A stretch of DNA of 63,724 nucleotides, the filler included, from Octopus bimaculoides (Eukaryota): the NCBI RefSeq assembly GCF_001194135.2. It is 5 parts of 5 records of this genome, joined end to end, with 100 filler letters (N's around TTAATTAATTAA, not from the genome) between each part and the next. Parts side by side here need not be neighbours in the genome. Positions count along the whole stretch, not along the records: positions 10,398 to 26,098 come from NC_068991.1; positions 26,199 to 48,629 come from NC_068981.1; 3 more parts are not named here. One strand, 5' to 3'. The notes under the pieces are model-generated. The model did no database searches, was not told where the DNA came from, and saw nothing but the letters and a program-made list of their open reading frames with translations. How positions within the stretch are numbered: the first letter of the stretch is position 1; every line of letters begins with the position of its first letter. The translations under genes were made by a program, and so were the position numbers. Of the stretch, positions 14,180-26,669 are shown in pieces.

Positions 14180-14842
14180 CACCTTAATTCTTGAGGAATA
14201 AGGTCAACCAGCTTCAACTAGCACAAGGTATTATTGTCCAATCAGATAAAACAGGAAACCTATATAATGTTGATATTGACTTATAGAACAAACTTCTACA
14301 TAGAGAGATAACTAGCAAATATAAAGTCATCAGCAAAGATGTTCTTAAAAACAACAACTCAACAGCCAAGAGGATAATGAGTGACTACAAAATCGACGAT
14401 GTCACTGAAATATACAAACCTTCCAGACCCAGGATTACCCTGAAGGACCATAAACCAAATTTTCATTCAGATCCGAAGGTGCAGCTTATCTGTCCTTGTA
14501 AGTCAGACATTGGGAAATTTAGTAAACTTATCCTGAATAAATACCTTAATGTCCTTATATCAAAAATTAAATTCCACCTATGGTTAAACACACTGGAAAC
14601 TATAAGATGGTTTCAATGCTTAAATGGCAAGAAGAAATCAAAATTCATCTAATTTGACATTGATAGTTATTACCAATCGTTTAGTCCCATCCTACTTAAT
14701 AAGGCCCTTATTTTTGCAAGGAATAGGACTGACCTATCAATGAAGGAAGTAAAAGTTATACTTGAGGTGAGGAAGACCATAATTCATCACCGAGGAAAAT
14801 TTTGGACCAGAAAGGACACACCAAACTGCTTTGATATACCAT
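14180..14842 (+). mobile_element. Penelope-like RT N-terminal half, inverted relative to 12530-14175
   Basis: IVQSDKTGNLY, RITLKDHKPNF...QLICPCKSDIGKFSKLIL, KFI*FDIDSYY and FDIP at 14830-14842 are Penelope RT motifs. Confidence 0.85.
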
Positions 14843-17800
14843 AAGAGACATAACCACCAAAGTGGCGGAGGGTAAACATATTATAAGCCCGACTGCCACA
14901 CCCAGGAAAAGCCCAGCAGCAACACCTAATAAAGAAAAGGATGGGGAGGTAAGTGAATTTGTACAGCTCTCCCCAAACTGAAAATGTGAGTAATCTCTTT
15001 CCTTTTATTTTTCAAAAATGATTAAGTTAGAGTGCATAAATGTGCATGGACTGGGGTCGAAATGGAAACAGGCTTGTTTCCCGGACAACCTCAGGACATG
15101 TGATATAGATGTAGCAGTCGCAACTGAGTCCAAGATGAGTGGATCACAAGCATTCTCTCCTCTTCTGAATGATTATGAAAAATTCATTTCTCCTAGCCAA
15201 CGAGGAGTGGGGGGGGGGGCGTGGTGATCTTATTTAGGAAGAACTTGGACTTGCAGGTAAGTACTGTCTTTCTGGACCCAGAAGCTAGGTTGGTCGTCCT
15301 GGATGTAACTCACGAAAGTAAACAGTCCTTCAGGTTGGTAGCTGTCTACGCTCCTAACGAGCATGGGCAGTCGGGTTTTTTGCGAGACCTGGAGCATTTT
15401 CTAGTGATGTCTAAAATGGTAGTTCTGTTAGGAGACTTTAACACTATCCTCGATGCACAGGTGGATAGTGTTGGCTTGACTGATAGGAAAGAAAATCCTG
15501 GCCTCAAGGGTCTACTAGAGAACTATAATCTAGTAGACCATTACAGACTGGATGAGCCATTCATTCCACAGTGGACATGGAGTAATAACAACGGCTCATG
15601 CAGATCTTATATAGATAGGGTATTCGTTAGAGATAGAGATAAGGATACTTTTAGTTGTCCACAATTTGATATAGTACCTACACGGATCACAAATTTGTGA
15701 CATGTAAGGTACACTTAGATAAATGTCATAGACAGGGACCCAGGTACTGGAAGATGAACAAGTCTATTTCGACTTGTAAAGCCTTCTGTGCCTGGATTAA
15801 GGAGTTAGTACAGAGGGCACTATGTGGTGCCATCATTAATAATAGATGGTGGCATGCCCTCAAGAGAGCCATTGATTTAGAGTCTATTAGAGTTAGCAAT
15901 CAGCTAAGTTTAGATAGATCTAGAATAGAGGGTATCTTAGTTAAGAACTTAGACGAGGCATTGGAATCTGGCTCTGCATCTAGATTGCTGGCGGTGAGAA
16001 CAGTTTTGTACCGTCACCTCAACGCCAAGTATGAAGGCTGCTGCAGAGTTAGAGCTAAGCTACGTGCAGTGGGATGAGAAGGTATTAACATTGCCGGATG
16101 GGCACATTGTGTGGAGAGTCATAGGGATAAAAAAGCCTCTATAAAGTCTTTAACAGATGAACGAGGGTGCAAGATCTATAGACAGGATGAGACGCAAAAG
16201 GCCTTGCATCAGCATTTCGCACAGTTGTTCGGGTAGGGTAGTGCGCTAGAGCAGGAGGCAAGGTGCTGTGAAGGGTCGATTACAGCTACGGAGGTCAAAG
16301 AGGTGTTGGCCAAGTGTGCCGGGAAAAGTTGCCGGGGTTGGATGGTCTACCCTATGAGTTTTATTGTAGCATGCCGGACTTGTTCAGGGACTTGCTGGCC
16401 AGCTTCTACACAAACTGGCAACAGAATGGGAGAATTCCCAGAGTTGGGGAGTGGTGACGCTGATCCAGAAGGACCCGAGCAAGGGGGATATTATAAGTAA
16501 TTACAAGCCTATAACTCTACTCAATGTAGAGTTAAAGATTTTGGCCAAGGTTGACGCGTGTCGTGGAGAATCTTCACCTTATTCATTATACCTTAGACAG
16601 GTTGGGTAAATTAACTGGCAAAAGTGAAGCACTGGTCCATTTAGACCAAAGTAAAGTGTTTGATAGAGTAGACCATCAGTACCTGGCAGCAGTCCTCGAA
16701 GCGGTTGGGCTGGGCCCAGACTTCCGTAGTTGGATCTCCACTATGTATAGTGGCATCAAATCAACAGTCCAGATAAACGGCTACCTGTTGGAGACATTCT
16801 CGATCAAGTGTTCAGTTCATCAAGGGTGTTCCCTGTCTCCACTTCTGTACATGTTGGCTCTTGAGCCATTATTGTGGAAGTTGGAGAATTTGGGGGGGAG
16901 GCGCCCCCCAATGAAATTGGTTGTGCTAGTCGGTCTCTGCTTACGTGGATGATATCACCATCATCGTGTCCAATGAGGCTCAGCTACCTTGTGTAGAGGA
17001 AGCTATCAGGAGATACGAGGCAGTGGCAGGGGCAAAAATTAACAAGAACAAGTCCATCGGCTTGTGCCTTGGCACCTGGAGGAGCAAGTTGATATCGTCC
17101 AGTGCCGTGGGTCACTGGACAGATGGTTCTGTTAAGTTGCTTAGAGTTTGGTTTGAACTGGACTCCCAGATGGAGAAGAATTGGAACAAGGTGGCAGACA
17201 GGGTGGAGGCCCTAGTCTGGACCTGGTCCAGAAGGTCTCTGTCCCTGAAAGGAAGGGCGGAGGTGGTACAGGTGTTTATTGCATCTGTAATCACCTACCG
17301 TCTGACCATTGTCCCTTGTCCCGACTCGTGGATGAACAAGTTGGAGCAACTCCTCTTCTGCATATTGTGGAAGGGAGGAAAGCCATTTGTGAGGCACTTT
17401 GTTGACTGCCAGGAACCACTAAAGGGTGGGTTAAGGATGCCTTGGTTGATGATGTGCAGACATGCGTTAAGGCTGAGGCATCTCTGGTGCTACCTGGAGG
17501 GTGATAAGGTGTGGAATCAGTTAGCAGAGGAATTCTTTCTGCGACCAGCCTCTTTGGAGTGATTTAAACCCGGTTTCATTAATAGACATAATCTGACTGA
17601 ATGGCAAAAGGAGTGTCGACAGGCATTCGTGCTGATCCACAAGACAGGCAAGGCCGGCAGTGAGAATACCACCTCAGTTTTGTACAGAGGGCTGGTGGAG
17701 TATAAAAACGATGACGCCCTAGGGACTCTGGGGTTCGATGAAAATCAACTTACCAACCTGTTCAAAAAAACTTTCAGGTCAGGGTATTTGGATAATAACC

Positions 17801-18510
17801 AAAAATCCCTGACCTGGCAGCGTTACAGGAATGCTTTATCTGTTCGAGATAAGTTATCCAGGCACAGAATATTGGTGCCAATGACATGTCCAAGATGTGG
17901 GCTGGATGACGAAACCATCCAGCACACTTTTGTACATTGTCGGGAGCTATCAGGCTTGATAATTTACGTCAAACATGTGTTGTTGCATCTGGGAAGAGTT
18001 CAGCTATCGGCTGGCTGAGTCTATAAGAAAGATTGTACCGCCAACTGGACTCTCATAGGAAGGTGAGGTATGTTTTTTCTGTACAGTTGCTGTGCTGAAA
18101 GAATGTGTGTGGAAGACTAGGATGCAAGGATTCATGACAGGGTCCTTTATTTCTGGCTCTGGTTTGCTACAATACTTCAGATATCATCTGAAGAGCAAGA
18201 TAGGGCTGGAGAGAAGGACCCTGTCGAGAAATGTGTTTGAAGAAAGATGGAAAGCAGTGTTAAGAAAGGTGGGTGCAAGGAACCTGGCTTAATCGGCTTT
18301 GGAAAAAAGGAGGAAATGAAAGGAAGGAGATAGCTGCTGGGCCTTTGAGGCAATAGGGCATATCTCTTACTCATATAGAAAAAGACTATTTATTTTATCA
18401 TCAAAATTTTTAAATAATAGGTATAATTCAAACACATCACAACATTTTTTGTATGTATTGTCCTGTGCTGTCCCATCTATGTATTGATCTTTATGGTCGT
18501 AATAAAAAAA
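14843..18510 (+). mobile_element. 5'-truncated Tx1/L1-clade LINE (ORF1 end, APE endonuclease, RT, C-terminal CCHC, 3' UTR, short poly-A)
   Basis: INVHGL, VAVYAPN, LLGDFN, SYIDRVF (APE); YKPITLLNVELKILAK, LDQSKVFDRVDH, HQGCSLSP, (Y)VDDIT (RT); CPRCGLDDETIQHTFVHC; aataaaaaaa at 18501-18510; many frameshifts. Confidence 0.92.
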
Positions 18511-18737
18511 TTCAGCTAGCAAGCCATACTTCTCCAGACTGATGATGAGCAATGACTCTGAAACTAGTCTCTGGATGCTGGCTTTGCTGGGTGGAGGTGC
18601 TTATCTCCCCTTTGAAAACATAAGGGCACAGAAAATGTGTCATGGCCAGCTGGAAATGGTGTTTCCTGGGGTTAAATAGCAGCAGCATTCTTCCCTTTCA
18701 TGGGACTGTCACATTAAGTTAACAACATACCATCACT
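18511..18737 (+). mobile_element. Penelope-type terminal repeat (pLTR-like) carrying a hammerhead motif
   Basis: Clearly homologous to 29969-30141; contains the CTGATGA..GAAAC core. Confidence 0.6.
18533..18575 (+). ncRNA. Minimal type I hammerhead ribozyme motif
   Basis: Stem I tccaga/tctgga; CTGATGA 18539-18545; stem II gag/ctc; GAAA 18560-18563; palindromic ACTAGT in place of stem III; GTC cleavage triplet ending at 18569. Confidence 0.65.
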
Positions 18738-18778
<41 letters not shown>

Positions 18779-19055
18779 TACACATATACATACATATANN
18801 NNNNNNNNNNNNNNNNNNNNNNNNNNNNNNNNNNNNNNNNNNNNNNNNNNNNNNNNNNNNNNNNNNNNNNNNNNNNNNNNNNNNNNNNNNNNNNNNNNNN
18901 NNNNNNNNNNNNNNNNNNNNNNNNNNNNNNNNNNNNNNNNNNNNNNNNNNNNNNNNNNNNNNNNNNNNNNNNNNNNNNNNNNNNNNNNNNNNNNNNNNNN
19001 NNNNNNNNNNNNNNNNNNNNNNNNNNNNNNNNNNNNNNNNNNNNNNNNNNNNNNN

Positions 19056-19980
19056 GATGATTGCACTGGTATGGTCATGTGGCGAGAATGGATGAGGATA
19101 GCTGTATGAAAAAGTGCCACACCCTAGCAGTTGAGGGAACCTGTGGAAGAGGTAGACCCAGGAAGACCTGACATGAGGTGGTGAAGCACGACCTTCGAAC
19201 ATTAGGCCTCACCAAGGCAATGACTTGTGACCAAGACCTTTGGAAATATGCAGTGCGTGAGAAGACCCAGCAAGCCAAGTGAGACCGTAATCCGAGGCCT
19301 CTGCCAGGGGTGTAGCCAGCCCACTTATGCGTACCTTTCCTTCATTGGACACTAAACTCTGTTTGAGAAGACCTGTTGAAGCAAATGAAATCAATCCAAA
19401 TTCAACGACTGGCACCCATGCCAACCTTCCTTCATTGGACACTAAACTCGGCTTGCAAAGACTTGTTGGGGCAAGTGAAATCGAAATGGTGATTGAACCA
19501 AATTCGATGACTGGCACCTGTGCCAGTGGAGTGTTAACAGCACCATCCAAGCGTGATCATTACCAGAGCAGCTGTCTGGCTTCTGTGCCAGTAGCACGTA
19601 AATAGCACCATTTGAGTGTGATCATTACCAGCGTTGCCTTTCTGGCACTTGTGCCGGTGGCACGTGAAAAAACATTCAAGTGAGGTTGTTGCCAGTGCCG
19701 CTAGACTGGCTCCTGTGCAGGTGGCACATAAAAAACACCATTTTGAGTGTGGCCGTTGCCAGTACCGCCTGACTGGCCCTCGTGTCGATGGCACGTAAAA
19801 GCACCCACTACACTCTCGGAGTGGTTGGTGTTAGGAAGGGCATCCAGCTGTAGAAACTCTGTCAGATCAGATTGGAGCCTGGTGCATCCTTCTAGTTCGC
19901 CAGTCCTCAGTCAAATCATCAAACCCATGCTAGTATGGAAGGCAGACGTTAAATGATGATGATGATGATGATGATGATGA
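19056..19980 (+). mobile_element. RTE-clade LINE 3' end with long repetitive 3' UTR and (GAT)n tail
   Basis: LHWYGHVARMDEDS..KKC...VEGTCGRGRPRKT; (GAT)n at 19953-19980. Confidence 0.85.
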
Positions 19981-20125
19981 TATATATATATATATATATA
20001 GTAATCCTCATGATTCACTTATCATGGTTTATTATTAAGTTCACATTGATTCCTCCATGGTGTTGTTTTGCATTTATAAAAAAATAAATATATACAAATT
20101 ACAAAAATGAAAAAATATATATATA

Positions 20126-20447
20126 CATGGCTCCGGGTTTAGTCCCACTTCAACTATAGCCTCAGGCTGACCAAAGCCTTGTGAGTGGATTTGAAAGAAG
20201 CTGAAAGAAGTCTGTCGTATATGTGTGTGTGCATGTTTGGGTGTCTGTATTTGACCCCACCCCACCATCGCTTGACAACCAATGCTGGTGTTTGTATGTC
20301 CCTGTAACTCAGTGGTTCGGCAAAACAGACCGATAGAATAAGTACTAGGCTTTTGCAGAATAAGTCCTGGGGAGGATTTGTTTGACTAAAGGCAGTGCTC
20401 CAGCATGGCCGCAATCAAATAACTGAAACAAATAAAAGAGCAAAAGA
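20126..20447 (+). mobile_element. tRNA-SINE family A (internally deleted)
   Basis: Head remnant plus cgcttgacaacc..tgctggtg..gtaactcagtggttcggcaaaa..gaccgatagaataagtactaggc body and ccagcatggccgca tail. Confidence 0.85.
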
Positions 20448-21087
20448 GTAAAAGAGTACAGTACTGTTTCTACTTCGCAGATTTTCATCTATCGTGGGTG
20501 GGGTTTGGAACGTAACAACCCCAATAGTCATGGGATTACTGTATACATACATACATACATACATATATANNNNNNNNNNCATATATATACATGTATACAT
20601 ATATATATATACATGCATATATATATGTAAATATATACACATGTATATATATATATATATATATACGGCAATAAGATAATGGAGGGGACCAAGAGGTGGT
20701 ATTCATCAACTTTTAGACATTATATTATGTCTATTTATTTATTTAAAAAGAAAAACAATTATGACAATATACATACATGTATAACATATGTTTTACATGT
20801 ATAAAAATACCAGTAATTATTAAAATATATAATGTAGAACATAGAAAGCAGAATATTTTCTTACAGCTGTTTCAGCCAAGAGGTCATAGTACCCTACTTT
20901 ACTCCCATACCTTCAGTGAACTGAAGTATTTGGTAGATAAGATTAAAGTACTTGGGTGTGCCTCTGGGCTTCGTCAGAAAGTTCATAGTTCGTAGAAAGT
21001 TCCTAAGGTTAAGTTATAAATATAAATACATACATATATACACACTTTTACATATGCATACATATACATAAATACACATCTATACAT

Positions 21088-21120
<33 letters not shown>

Positions 21121-21123
21121 TAC

Positions 21124-21246
<123 letters not shown>

Positions 21247-21897
21247 TATATNNNNNNNNNNNNNNNNNNNNNNNNNNNNNNNNNNNNNNNNNNNNNNNNN
21301 NNNNNNNNNNNNNNNNNNNNNNNNNNNNNNNNNNNNNNNNNNNNNNNNNNNNNNNNNNNNNNNNNNNNNNNNNNNNNNNNNNNNNNNNNNNNNNNNNNNN
21401 NNNNNNNNNNNNNNNNNNNNNNNNNNNNNNNNNNNNNNNNNNNNNNNNNNNNNNNNNNNNNNNNNNNNNNNNNNNNNNNNNNNNNNNNNNNNNNNNNNNN
21501 NNNNNNNNNNNNNNNNNNNNNNNNNNNNNNNNNNNNNNNNNNNNNNNNNNNNNNNNNNNNNNNNNNNNNNNNNNNNNNNNNNNNNNNNNNNNNNNNNNNN
21601 NNNNNNNNNNNNNNNNNNNNNNNNNNNNNNNNNNNNNNNNNNNNNNNNNNNNNNNNNNNNNNNNNNNNNNNNNNNNNNNNNNNNNNNNNNNNNNNNNNNN
21701 NNNNNNNNNNNNNNNNNNNNNNNNNNNNNNNNNNNNNNNNNNNNNNNNNNNNNNNNNNNNNNNNNNNNNNNNNNNNNNNNNNNNNNNNNNNNNNNNNNNN
21801 NNNNNNNNNNNNNNNNNNNNNNNNNNNNNNNNNNNNNNNNNNNNNNNNNNNNNNNNNNNNNNNNNNNNNNNNNNNNNNNNNNNNNNNNNNNNNNNNN

Positions 21898-22273
21898 AAT
21901 AGCACCATTAAAGCGTAATCGTTACCAGCATTGCTTCCTAGCACTTATGATGGTGGCACGTTTAGAAAATCATTCGAGCGAGGTTGTTGCCAGTGCCGCT
22001 GGACTGGCTCCCATGCAGGTGGCACGTAAAAAACACCTTTTTGAGCGTGGCCATTGCCAGTACCGTGTGACTGGCCCTCATGCTGGTGGCACGTAAAAGT
22101 ACCCACTACACTCTCAGAGTGGTTGGCGTTAGGAAGGGCATCCAGCTGTAGAAACTCTGCCAGATCAGATTGGAGCCTGGTGCAGCCTTCTGGCTTGCCA
22201 GTCCTCAGTCAAATCGTCCAACCCATTCTAGCATGGAAAGTGGACGTTAAACGGTGATGATGATGATGATGAT
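21898..22273 (+). mobile_element. Second copy of the RTE 3' UTR seen at 19600-19980
   Basis: Near-colinear match, ending in (GAT)n. Confidence 0.85.
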
Positions 22274-22692
22274 ACATATAAACATGCAATATGTTTTCTA
22301 TTGAGGGCTTGAGATAAAGGTCCATAATAAGTGGGTTAGAGTTTATATTAATACCTGTGATATTAGTCGGTACTAAAAGTAATAAATTTCCAGGCATTAA
22401 TCAAGATACTTAATTATTTTCCGTTACTTTTTGTTTATCGAGTTGCTGAAATCATGCGGGAAGGGGGAAGGGGGATATGGTCAGTCCTGTAATCTAATTG
22501 GTCATCTATTGTTTTGAAAGGCCATGACTTTATTATGGCTGGTTAATGGATAACCGATAACATAAACAACAAAGTAGGCAAAAATATATAAATGTATTCA
22601 AATAAAAAACAAATAATCCAAGGTTAACTATTAGTAGGTAGGATAGTAAAAGTCAATAAAGAAATTAATATAGAGACTTGACACTATTATAT

Positions 22693-23535
22693 TGTTACGA
22701 ACGCCCGCACGCGAAGCACCTCCCTAACACCGAATAGGGGACTCGCGCGCGCGCGTGAACGCTCATACGCTCAGTGAGCTAGCAACTCGTCTGTCGGTAC
22801 AATCCTGACCGATAATAAAGCCCCGGCTGGAGCACGTAACGAAGAACAACACAGGCAAAAGGAGGGGAGGAAGAAACAACACGAAGACCATGCGTTGGGT
22901 AACCTTTTCTTTTTCTTTACATAACATCACAGAATACATTTAAAACATTAGAATAGAGCATTACATAATAACAATTCCAATACATGGCATGACAGTTCAA
23001 TAACGTTGACAAAGTTTCCAAACAATTACAAGCNNNNNNNNNNNNNNNNNNNNNNNNNNNNNNNNNNNNNNNNNNNNNNNNNNNNNNNNNNNNNNNNNNN
23101 NNNNNNNNNNNNNNNNNNNNNNNNNNNNNNNNNNNNNNNNNNNNNNNNNNNNNNNNNNNNNNNNNNNNNNNNNNNNNNNNNNNNNNNNNNNNNNNNNNNN
23201 NNNNNNNNNNNNNNNNNNNNNNNNNNNNNNNNNNNNNNNNNNNNNNNNNNNNNNNNNNNNNNNNNNNNNNNNNNNNNNNNNNNNNNNNNNNNNNNNNNGC
23301 TGCCAGAACTAACTGGCCAAAATTCTCTGCTCACTGCTTCGGCCGACTGCTTCCCGCCAATTCCTGTCCTGCTGAACTTTCGGTGACCGGAAAGGGGGCA
23401 GCTACGTTAAAAATAGCTGTGGTTGCCGACGAGACAAAGGAAATACCATTGTCCCCAACTGACCAGAGTACGGGTTCAAAACCCAGCCCGGGAGATAGGG
23501 ATATAATGCTAATCGCATCCTCGGTGGCCGCATCA
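22693..23535 (-). repeat. 3' LTR (gapped)
   Basis: Bounded by tg...ca; the polypurine tract abuts one end; the first 4 nt are repeated at 26095. Confidence 0.7.
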
Positions 23536-23549
23536 CTACCCCTTCCCTA
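23536..23549 (-). promoter_or_regulatory. Polypurine tract
   Basis: Minus strand TAGGGAAGGGGTAG immediately before the TG of the LTR. Confidence 0.65.
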
Positions 23550-23622
23550 GCTCTTTGTCGTCCCGACGAAAACAAACAACATCTCTAACTCCTAAATTGA
23601 TTCTTTTCTCTCTCAGACTTTC

Positions 23623-24890
23623 TTAGCAAGTGGATCCAACCCCTGCTGGTGTGCTCCAGCTGAACTGTCCAGAGCCATGGTACTTCCACAGACAGTTTCC
23701 GTATACAATTTTCGGAGAAGTTCTCCTGCCTCCTCGAATCCGGTATGTCACCTCGGACAGGCGATCCATTACTGTATAAGGCCCTTCCCATGGACTCTGC
23801 AACTTCGGTGACTGTCCTCTTTTCCGCCTGGGGTTATGAAACCACACTTCATCACCCTCCTTAAAGTTGGCTTCACTAGCCCGGGTGTCATGTCGACGCT
23901 TCATTACTTCACCTGAAAACTTCAGGGCTTCTCTAACTTGCTGGTGTACCTCAGTCAGACTTTCCTGCAGATACCTCACATAGCTGGAGGTTTCCCTGGG
24001 CAGTTCCTCCCCCAGTGGTCTTCCTGATCCCTGCTGCAGCCACTCTACCACTGGCCCTAAGTCGGCATCTTCCATCTGCCTCTGTTGCACTTCTCCGGTA
24101 GCCACTGATCCAGTCAACTTGGCACGTTTGCACTTTTTAATGTGCTCCTTTCTTCCTGCACAATGCAACTGACTTTGCCACTGGTCCACTGCCTGGCACA
24201 GTCCCTTGATTTGCCCTTTACAAATCTTCTGTGCCATTGTAGAAGAATTGGCTGCTACATCCAGCACCCTATCAGCTCCTGCTTCCAGGGTTCGTCTGAC
24301 CCTCACCCTAGCTTTCAACTTGCCTCGTCTGTCAGGATCCACCGGCCCCAGACAGCCATCAGTCGGATTGCTCACACGACACTGGAGCAGCTTTTCCGAC
24401 CGCGGTGGTACCACCATCATCCGTAGCGCTCTTACTTCGCTACTGGGTGTGGTTCGCTTTACCACCTCAACAGGGACCAATCTTCCCTGTACCGAAAGCT
24501 TCTTCAATCGCAAGTCCAGCTGACAATCCATGGACGTTAAATAGTCCAGTCCCAAAATGTACGAATCCTCCATTTCAACTACGTAAACTGGAAGCACAAC
24601 TTCCAATCCGGCAACATCAATCCGGACATGAACTGGCCCTCTCAGCTCAGTGCAATGTCCGGTCACACCAAACAACTGCTGCGATGTCTCTGTCAGTTCT
24701 AGGTCCTGCAACACATCGGACCTCACAAAAGTCTGTCCCGAGGCCGAATCAATCACCAGAGAACACGTCCGGCCGTTGACCTTTCCATTCAGTCGTAGGC
24801 TGTCAATCACAGACCCTGCACGCCGTCTCAAGTGTGGGGCTCCTTTGGAACGTCTGGCTGGTGGTTGCCCCTTAACACCAGCTCCTTCTA
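23623..24890 (-). CDS. Truncated pol: aspartic protease plus linker fused in frame to the integrase C-terminus
   Basis: GKVNGRTCSLVIDSAS (DTG-like), ILGLDYL; KLQSPWEGPYTV (GPY/F); no RT or D,D35E core; frame open from the gag stop region. Confidence 0.8.
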
Positions 24891-26057
24891 GTTTACCGAC
24901 TCATTTCTTGTTGGGCAGTCACAACTCCTGTGTCCCTGCCTCTTACAACACCAACACTCGGCCTTGAAAACAGATCCTGCCCCATCGTTCTGTTTCCTCT
25001 CTCGCCGCCAACTGTAGCAGTCTCGCCGCCTGTGTCCGCTTTTCCCACAGTGCCAACACACACCAGTCATCTCCTCATTCTGCCTACCAAGTCCTCGACT
25101 ATCTCCAAGTCCTTCAACTTCACGGACTTTTACTCTTCTTGCCCCGAATCTGGAGCTTCCACTCACCCGGAAATTTCCGGTGCTGGACTTCACATAGGAC
25201 TCGAACTCCAGAGCCCTAGCCAGCGCCTCCTGCATCGTACCTGGCCGCGTCTGCTTCACCTGGACCTTCAGCTCTACACTGTCCAGTGCATCTATAAACT
25301 GCTCCCTCAGAAGAAGAGACAATAGGTCGGGGGTCGCTGTCGGGTAAGCCTTGTGCACCGTGCTTTCCAAATCCTGGGCAAGCTGCTGTAGAGGCTCCCC
25401 TCGAGCTCTAACACAGGTGCGGATACGTGCCCTGTACATTTCACTCTGGCACATAGTTCCATATCACCTCTCGAGTATTTCCACTAGCGCCGAGTATCGA
25501 CCCCTGTCTGCTTTCGACAGCTGGCCCAACACCTCCAGTGCAGGACCCTTCAGACTAGTAGCAAGCTGAACAGCTCTTTGCCCTTCGTCCCAGTCGTTTT
25601 GGTCCGCTAGCATCTCGAACTGGATTCTATAGGACTCCCACGACACCTTGCCATCAAACTCCTGTGGCTTCTTCCTAACCGGGACCACACTGCTACTTTC
25701 AACTCCAGGAGATCCGCATCCAGACGTCAGAGCATCACGAGATGACGCAGCAACAGCAACCACCTCAGGTTTAGTAACCTCAGGCTCGGCAGCACAAAAG
25801 TTCTCCACGCGCTCCGTCCTCTCGTTAGGCCTTTCGATCTGCTGCTTACACCATGCGGTATCGCTACTCAGTCCGCGGAACTCCTCCCTAAATTGTCGGT
25901 GATCCTCCCGCATCTGCTGTTGCTCTTTTCTGAGTTCAGCGAAGCCCTCCTTCTGCTCTTCCAGCATCTTCACAACCAAGGCCAGGGATACTTCCTCCCT
26001 CCTAGCCTGACACTTCGCACGCGCACCCTCTGAAGCCATGACGAACAACCAACTCAC
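24888..26057 (-). pseudogene. gag with one in-frame TGA (25464-25466) and two CCHC knuckles
   Basis: KPQEFDGKVSWESY; CWHCGKSGHRRRDC and CWCCKRQGHRSCDC; ORFs 25464-26057 and 24888-25454 share a frame. Confidence 0.85.
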
Positions 26058-26072
26058 TGCAGCAATTTATAG

Positions 26073-26090
26073 ATCCCACTTCTGACACCA
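26073..26090 (-). promoter_or_regulatory. Primer-binding site, probably tRNA-Leu(CAA)
   Basis: TGGTGTCAGAAGTGGGAT is complementary to the ATCCCACTTCTGACA-CCA 3' end of metazoan Leu-CAA (from recalled sequence). Confidence 0.8.
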
Positions 26091-26617
26091 ATTTTGTTNN
26101 NNNNNNNNNNNNNNNNNNNNNNNNNNNNNNNNNNNNNNNNNNTTAATTAATTAANNNNNNNNNNNNNNNNNNNNNNNNNNNNNNNNNNNNNNNNNNNNGC
26201 TATAAAATGTATTAGAATATAAAGGTTTCACTGGTCAGAGTAGTATCAGGTCATTTTACTACTATCAAAATGTTGAGGAATTAAAACCCTAGGTATATGG
26301 GTCAAATAGGTTTTTTTCTCTTGGTCCGAATAGAGTAACAGTATAGTGGTACAGATAACAATAATACTTTAACCAATATTTTCACAATAAGAGGTATATT
26401 AATAAAATAAATAAAATGAGATGTAATTATTTTCCACAAAAATCATGAAATAATGTCAGTATTGAATTCAGGGGCTCTGGATAGGGTGTAAAGTTTAAGG
26501 ATATTAAGTATATTGGGTTCATGAAAACTATTTTGAATTATCTTAAAAAATTATTTAGCCTGCACCTGTGGATAAGCTCAATAGAGAGACAGCAGCATTA
26601 ACACCCAAATGAAATTA

Positions 26618-26669
<52 letters not shown>

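Larger units (their letters stand above)
22693..26098 (-). mobile_element. Ty3/Gypsy LTR retrotransposon, internally deleted (non-autonomous)
   Basis: 3' LTR 22693-23535, PPT, gag, protease, integrase C-terminus and PBS; the start of the second LTR (tgtt 26095-26098, matching 22693) runs into a gap. Confidence 0.9.
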
